Position numbers and translations under genes: made by a program. A stretch of DNA of 64,000 nt from Deltaproteobacteria bacterium (GTDB taxonomy: Bacteria; Desulfobacterota; Binatia; Binatales; Binataceae), in contig JAKAVN010000001.1 in assembly GCA_021827495.1 (NCBI GenBank), positions 9,954 to 73,953 of the forward strand, given 5' to 3'. Under the pieces are notes generated by a model. That model did not search any database. It was not told the origin of the DNA and saw only the letters and a list, made by a program, of their open reading frames with translations. Positions 60,193 through 64,000 of the stretch are shown in pieces. Numbering within the stretch: position 1 is the first letter of the stretch; every line of letters starts with the position of its first letter.

Positions 60193-61289
60193 AACTGCGC
60201 CCGCGGCTCTCGCCCACGCTCGACCGTTTCCTCGGCGGCCATTTTCTCGGCCCGTTCCTGGTCTGTCTGGCGGCCTTCACCGCGGCGTACCTGCTGGGCG
60301 ACATCTTCGACCGCTTCGACGACCTGATGCGCTACGGCGGCTTCGGCCTGCTGGGCCTGGAGTACTTCGCGCTGAAGCTCCCGCTGATCGTTTCGCAATT
60401 GCTTCCGGTCGCCTCGCTGGCCGGCGTGTTGCTCGGCTTCGCGCTGCTCAACCGTACCGGCGAGGTGCTGGCCTGCCAGCAACTCGGTATCAGCCGCTTC
60501 GAGATGGCGGTGCCGGTGCTGCTGTTGGCGGCGCTGATTTCGCTCGCCGACTTCGCGATCAGCGAGACGGTGGTGCCGATCGCCACCCGCGAGGCCCAGC
60601 ATCTTTATCAGGTCGAACTGCAGCGCCGGAAAATCTACGGCATCTTCTTCAACCGCCGCATCTGGGTGCGCGTAACCGACGGCTTCATGAGCGCCGACGA
60701 CTATGACGGCCACAAAAAGATGCTCCACGGCGTGACGCTCTACCGCGTCGGCCACAACTACCTGCTGACCTCGGTGGAGAACGCCCCGGAGGCGGCGTGG
60801 AACGGGCGGCAATGGCGGCCCATCGGTCTCACGGCGTTCAAACTGCTGCCCGGCGGCAAGGTTGCTCCGACCGCTCCCGGCCCGTTCCGCATCGACGTCA
60901 ACCCGGCCGACTTCAGCCTGCTGCGGATGGATCCCGACGAATTCAGCCTGTGGCAGCTCGATTCGTATATCGAGAGCCTGCGCAGCAAGGGGCTCGACCC
61001 GGGAGGCTATTTCGTCGACCGCGACCTCAAGTACGCCATGCCGCTGGCCTGCCTGATCATGGCGGCGCTCGGCCTGGCACTGAGCCTCGACCCGTTGCCG
61101 CGCAGCCTCAGCGTCGGGCGCAGCTTCACGCTGGCGATCGCGATCGGGTTTGGCTATTGGCTGATGTTCGGCCTGACCTCGTCGCTGGGCCGTTCGGGCC
61201 TGCTGGCCGCATGGCCCGCCGCCTGGATTCCCAACATCACGTTCACCATCCTGGCCACCTCGCTCTTCCTCTTCGGTGAGGAACGCTGA
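60189..61289 (+). CDS. lptG: LPS export ABC transporter permease LptG
   Basis: LDRFL, LNRTGEVLA...GIS, YAMPLAC, AWIPN. Confidence 0.88.
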   Translation: MKLRPRLSPTLDRFLGGHFLGPFLVCLAAFTAAYLLGDIFDRFDDLMRYGGFGLLGLEYFALKLPLIVSQLLPVASLAGVLLGFALLNRTGEVLACQQLGISRFEMAVPVLLLAALISLADFAISETVVPIATREAQHLYQVELQRRKIYGIFFNRRIWVRVTDGFMSADDYDGHKKMLHGVTLYRVGHNYLLTSVENAPEAAWNGRQWRPIGLTAFKLLPGGKVAPTAPGPFRIDVNPADFSLLRMDPDEFSLWQLDSYIESLRSKGLDPGGYFVDRDLKYAMPLACLIMAALGLALSLDPLPRSLSVGRSFTLAIAIGFGYWLMFGLTSSLGRSGLLAAWPAAWIPNITFTILATSLFLFGEER

Positions 61290-61780
61290 TGCCGGCGGAT
61301 TCGCTACAGCCGCTGGAGATGGCCGCGGTGCGCGACTTTCTGACCTTCGCGCGCATCGGGCACCTGGCGACCGCCGACACCGCGGGCGTCCCGCACAACG
61401 TGCCGCTGTGCTTCTGGTTCGACGGCGCGCGCTTCTACTTCGCGATTGACGAGAAACCCAAGCGCGGAAGCGTGATGGCGCTGCGCCGGATGCGCAACAT
61501 CGCGGCCAACCCCAACGTCGCCCTGATCGTCGACCATTACGAAGAGCACTGGCACAGCCTCGCCTACGTGCTGGTGCACGGGCGCGCCAGCGTGGTCGAG
61601 GAGCGCGAGGAGTACCTGCTCGCGCTGCGCAGCCTGCGCGACAAGTATTCGCAGTACCGCGCGATGGCGCTGAGCATCGAGAACAACCCCGTCGTGCGCA
61701 TCGACCCCATCCGCGTCCATGTCTGGGGCGAGCGCTTCAAGCCCACGCCGGGAGCCGCGGCGCGGCCCCCATCCACGTAG
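61289..61780 (+). CDS. PPOX-class probable F420-dependent enzyme (Rv0121-like)
   Basis: HLATAD..PHNVP, IDEKPK, LRRMRNIAANP..VDHYEE.W..L, KYSQY. Confidence 0.85.
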   Translation: MPADSLQPLEMAAVRDFLTFARIGHLATADTAGVPHNVPLCFWFDGARFYFAIDEKPKRGSVMALRRMRNIAANPNVALIVDHYEEHWHSLAYVLVHGRASVVEEREEYLLALRSLRDKYSQYRAMALSIENNPVVRIDPIRVHVWGERFKPTPGAAARPPST

Positions 61781-61791
61781 CGCGGCGCCGG

Positions 61792-62976
61792 ATGCGACGG
61801 CTGGAGGAAATCGCCCGCGCGCTCGCCGACTCCTCGCTTGACGGCTGGCTGTTCTACGATTTCCGCCACAGTGACCCGCTCGCCTACCGCATCCTGGGCC
61901 TCCCAAGCGAAGGCATAACGACCCGGCGATGGTTCTGCTACGTACCGGCTCATGGCGCGCCGCGCGCCGTGGTCTCGGCGGTCGAAGCGGAGCGCCTGGC
62001 GGAACTGGGGGTCGAGACGGTGGTGTACCGCTCGGCCGAGGGGATGCTCTCGGCGCTCGGCGGCATGCTGGCCGGCGCGCGGCGCATCGCGATGAACTAC
62101 TCGCCCCAATGCGCGATTCCCTACGTCGCGCGCGTCGATGCCGGCACTGTGGAAATCGTCCGCGCGCTCGGCCTCAAAGTCGTATCGGCCGCCGATCTGA
62201 TCCAGCGCTTCGAGGCGCGGCTTGAGCCCGCGCAACTTCAGAGCCATCGGCGCGCGGCCGCGCTGGTGCGCCGCGTGGTCGACGAGACTTTCGGCGAAAT
62301 CGCGCGCGCCATCGAGTCGGGAGCGCCGATCAGCGAATACTCGGCGCAGCAATTCGTGCTCGCGCGCTTCGCCGCGCATGGCCTGATGGCCGACGACCCG
62401 CCGATCGTGGCGGTCAACGCCGATGCCGCGCGGCCGCACTTCACGCCCGCGCCCGCCGCCGATACGCCGATCCGGCGCGGCGACCTGGTGCTGCTCGACC
62501 TCTGGGCCAAGGAGCCCGGCGCCGACAGCATCTATGCGGACCTGACCTGGATGGCTTACGCGGGCGCGCGGGTGCCCGAGGAATACGCGCGCGTTTTCGC
62601 GATCGTGGCCGAGGCGCGCGACGCCGCGGCCGATTTCATCCGCGCCCGCGTGGCCGCCGGGCAGGCAGTCCGCGGCGAGGAAGCCGACCGCGCCGCGCGC
62701 GGCGTGATCGAACGCGCCGGCTTCAGCCGGCAGTTCGTCCATCGCACCGGCCATTCGATCGGCCGCGAGGTCCACGGCGCCGGCGCCAACCTCGACTCGC
62801 TCGAAACCCACGACCATCGCACGCTCATCGATCGCTCCTGCTTCTCGGTCGAGCCGGGAATTTACCTGCCGGGACGCTTCGGCGTGCGCAGCGAACTCGA
62901 CATGACGATCCAAGACGGCTGCGCCGAAGTGAGCGCCGCGCCGGCACAACGCGAAATCGCCGCGCTGCTGAAATAG
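61792..62976 (+). CDS. M24-family (Xaa-Pro) aminopeptidase
   Basis: PHF, LLDLWAK, YADLTW, HRTGHSIG, FSVEPGIY, GVRSE. Confidence 0.92.
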   Translation: MRRLEEIARALADSSLDGWLFYDFRHSDPLAYRILGLPSEGITTRRWFCYVPAHGAPRAVVSAVEAERLAELGVETVVYRSAEGMLSALGGMLAGARRIAMNYSPQCAIPYVARVDAGTVEIVRALGLKVVSAADLIQRFEARLEPAQLQSHRRAAALVRRVVDETFGEIARAIESGAPISEYSAQQFVLARFAAHGLMADDPPIVAVNADAARPHFTPAPAADTPIRRGDLVLLDLWAKEPGADSIYADLTWMAYAGARVPEEYARVFAIVAEARDAAADFIRARVAAGQAVRGEEADRAARGVIERAGFSRQFVHRTGHSIGREVHGAGANLDSLETHDHRTLIDRSCFSVEPGIYLPGRFGVRSELDMTIQDGCAEVSAAPAQREIAALLK

Positions 62977-63186
62977 TGGGGCATTTTAAATCTCAACGCG
63001 ACCGACCACCCGTGAAAGGCATTTTCAGGGGCCAATGGTCGTGTGCTTCTTACCCCTCGCCCAATTGTCTTGGGGAGGAGGGCAGAAGCGCTGGGCGCCC
63101 CAAGGCTGGTGGGGTGCGCGCTGGTCGTGGATAATTCCATCGCACGCGCCATGCAACAACCCGCGGATTCGAACAATGGCTGCCGG

Positions 63187-63873
63187 ATGATTCGGGCAAT
63201 TATCTTCGACCTCGACGGCACCCTGGCCGACACCGAGCCGCTCCACTTCGAAGCCTTCGCGCGCGTCCTGCGCGGCGAGGGAATCGAACTGGACCGCGCG
63301 CAATACTTCAGCCGGCTAATCGGCTTCGACGATCGCGACTGCTTCGCCACCGTGCTGCGCGAAAGCGGCCGCGGCGTGGCCAGCGGCTCGCTCGCCGCGC
63401 TCATCGCACGCAAGGCCGCCGTCTACCAGGAGTTGATCGCCGGCCGCGACGTGACCTTTCCCGGCGCCGCCGACTTCGTGCGGCGATGCGCCCGGCGCTT
63501 CCCGCTGATCGTGGCGACCGGCACGCTGCGCGTCGAGGCCGAACTCATCCTCAACCGCGCCGGCGTGCGCGAGCTTTTCGTCGACATCATCGCGGCCGAG
63601 GACGTCGAGCACGGCAAGCCCGCGCCAGAGGGTTTCGAAAAGGCGCTGGGGCGGCTGGGCTTTTTGCTGCGCCTGCGCCCGCCGTTGGAACCGGCCGAAT
63701 GCCTCGTGATAGAGGACACCGTGGCGGGCATCGAGGCGGCGCGCCGGGCTGGGATGCGGGTGCTGGCGCTATGTCATAGCGGCCGCCCCGAAGAGCTCAA
63801 AGGGGCGGAAATCGTGCGCAATTCGCTGGCCGAGACCGATCTGGACGAACTCCTGCGCGAATTTTCTCGATAA
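63187..63873 (+). CDS. HAD-family phosphatase (beta-PGM/CbbY-like)
   Basis: FDLDGTLADTE, GKPAPE, VIEDT..GIEAA..AGM. Confidence 0.92.
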   Translation: MIRAIIFDLDGTLADTEPLHFEAFARVLRGEGIELDRAQYFSRLIGFDDRDCFATVLRESGRGVASGSLAALIARKAAVYQELIAGRDVTFPGAADFVRRCARRFPLIVATGTLRVEAELILNRAGVRELFVDIIAAEDVEHGKPAPEGFEKALGRLGFLLRLRPPLEPAECLVIEDTVAGIEAARRAGMRVLALCHSGRPEELKGAEIVRNSLAETDLDELLREFSR

Positions 63874-63964
63874 GAAGCTTTATATATCATTGAAGATATT
63901 TAGTGGTCTTTAAGATGTTTTAACTCTTGCTTCTCTTGGCGCGGCGGCTAGACTATTGTGCATA

Positions 63965-64000
63965 CCGCCGCCTGCCAAGGCAAAGCCTGGCGAAGAGGCG
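63965..64000 (+). ncRNA. Possible 5' half of a cyclic di-GMP-I (GEMM) riboswitch, truncated by the window end
   Basis: AAGGCAAA-GCCT-GGCGAAG-AGGC-G immediately after a TTGCTT-16-TAGACT promoter-like site (63927-63954). Confidence 0.45.

Noticed and set aside
63045..63125. REP-like hairpins (CCCCTCGCCC...GGGGAGGAGGG; GCGCCCCA...TGGGGTGCGC) and the upstream extension of the HAD ORF
   Set aside because: Only one degenerate instance, so a repeat family cannot be supported from this window; the HAD domain starts at 63187.

Overview
GC-rich bacterial chromosome segment. The gene content (DUF1329 protein, several CoA-transferases, F420-dependent PPOX and LLM enzymes, long-form hisG, lptFG) suggests a deltaproteobacteria-like lineage such as Candidatus Binatia; this is inference. 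Housekeeping blocks are ffh (partial), tRNA-Pro(GGG), coaX/panBC, degQ, rpmE-prfA-prmC-murA-hisD, hisI-hisG, rlmB and lptFG. The main accessory or unusual elements are: (1) a ~180-nt multi-helix leader RNA upstream of panBC that contains a pan-motif-like hairpin and whose closing stem is mutually exclusive with an intrinsic terminator, a candidate pantothenate/CoA-responsive attenuator; (2) a divergent lipid head-group cluster (B12 radical SAM, CDP-alcohol phosphotransferase, HAD, NTP transferase, ATP-grasp-like protein, class III aminotransferase, GmhB-like HAD); (3) a PfkB-SIS(KpsF-like) fusion coupled to a DHDPS-family aldolase; (4) an FHA/Ser-Thr kinase/PHP signalling block with a 14-bp VNTR; (5) a CLC protein with non-canonical anion-site residues; (6) a probably inactive IS110 with a shortened bridge-RNA end; (7) three IS5-like MITEs; (8) a toxin-first RelE-Phd pair; (9) several pseudogene fragments; and (10) a probable c-di-GMP-I riboswitch cut by the right edge. 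No CRISPR array or rRNA was seen. All calls were made by eye from motifs; no searches were run.
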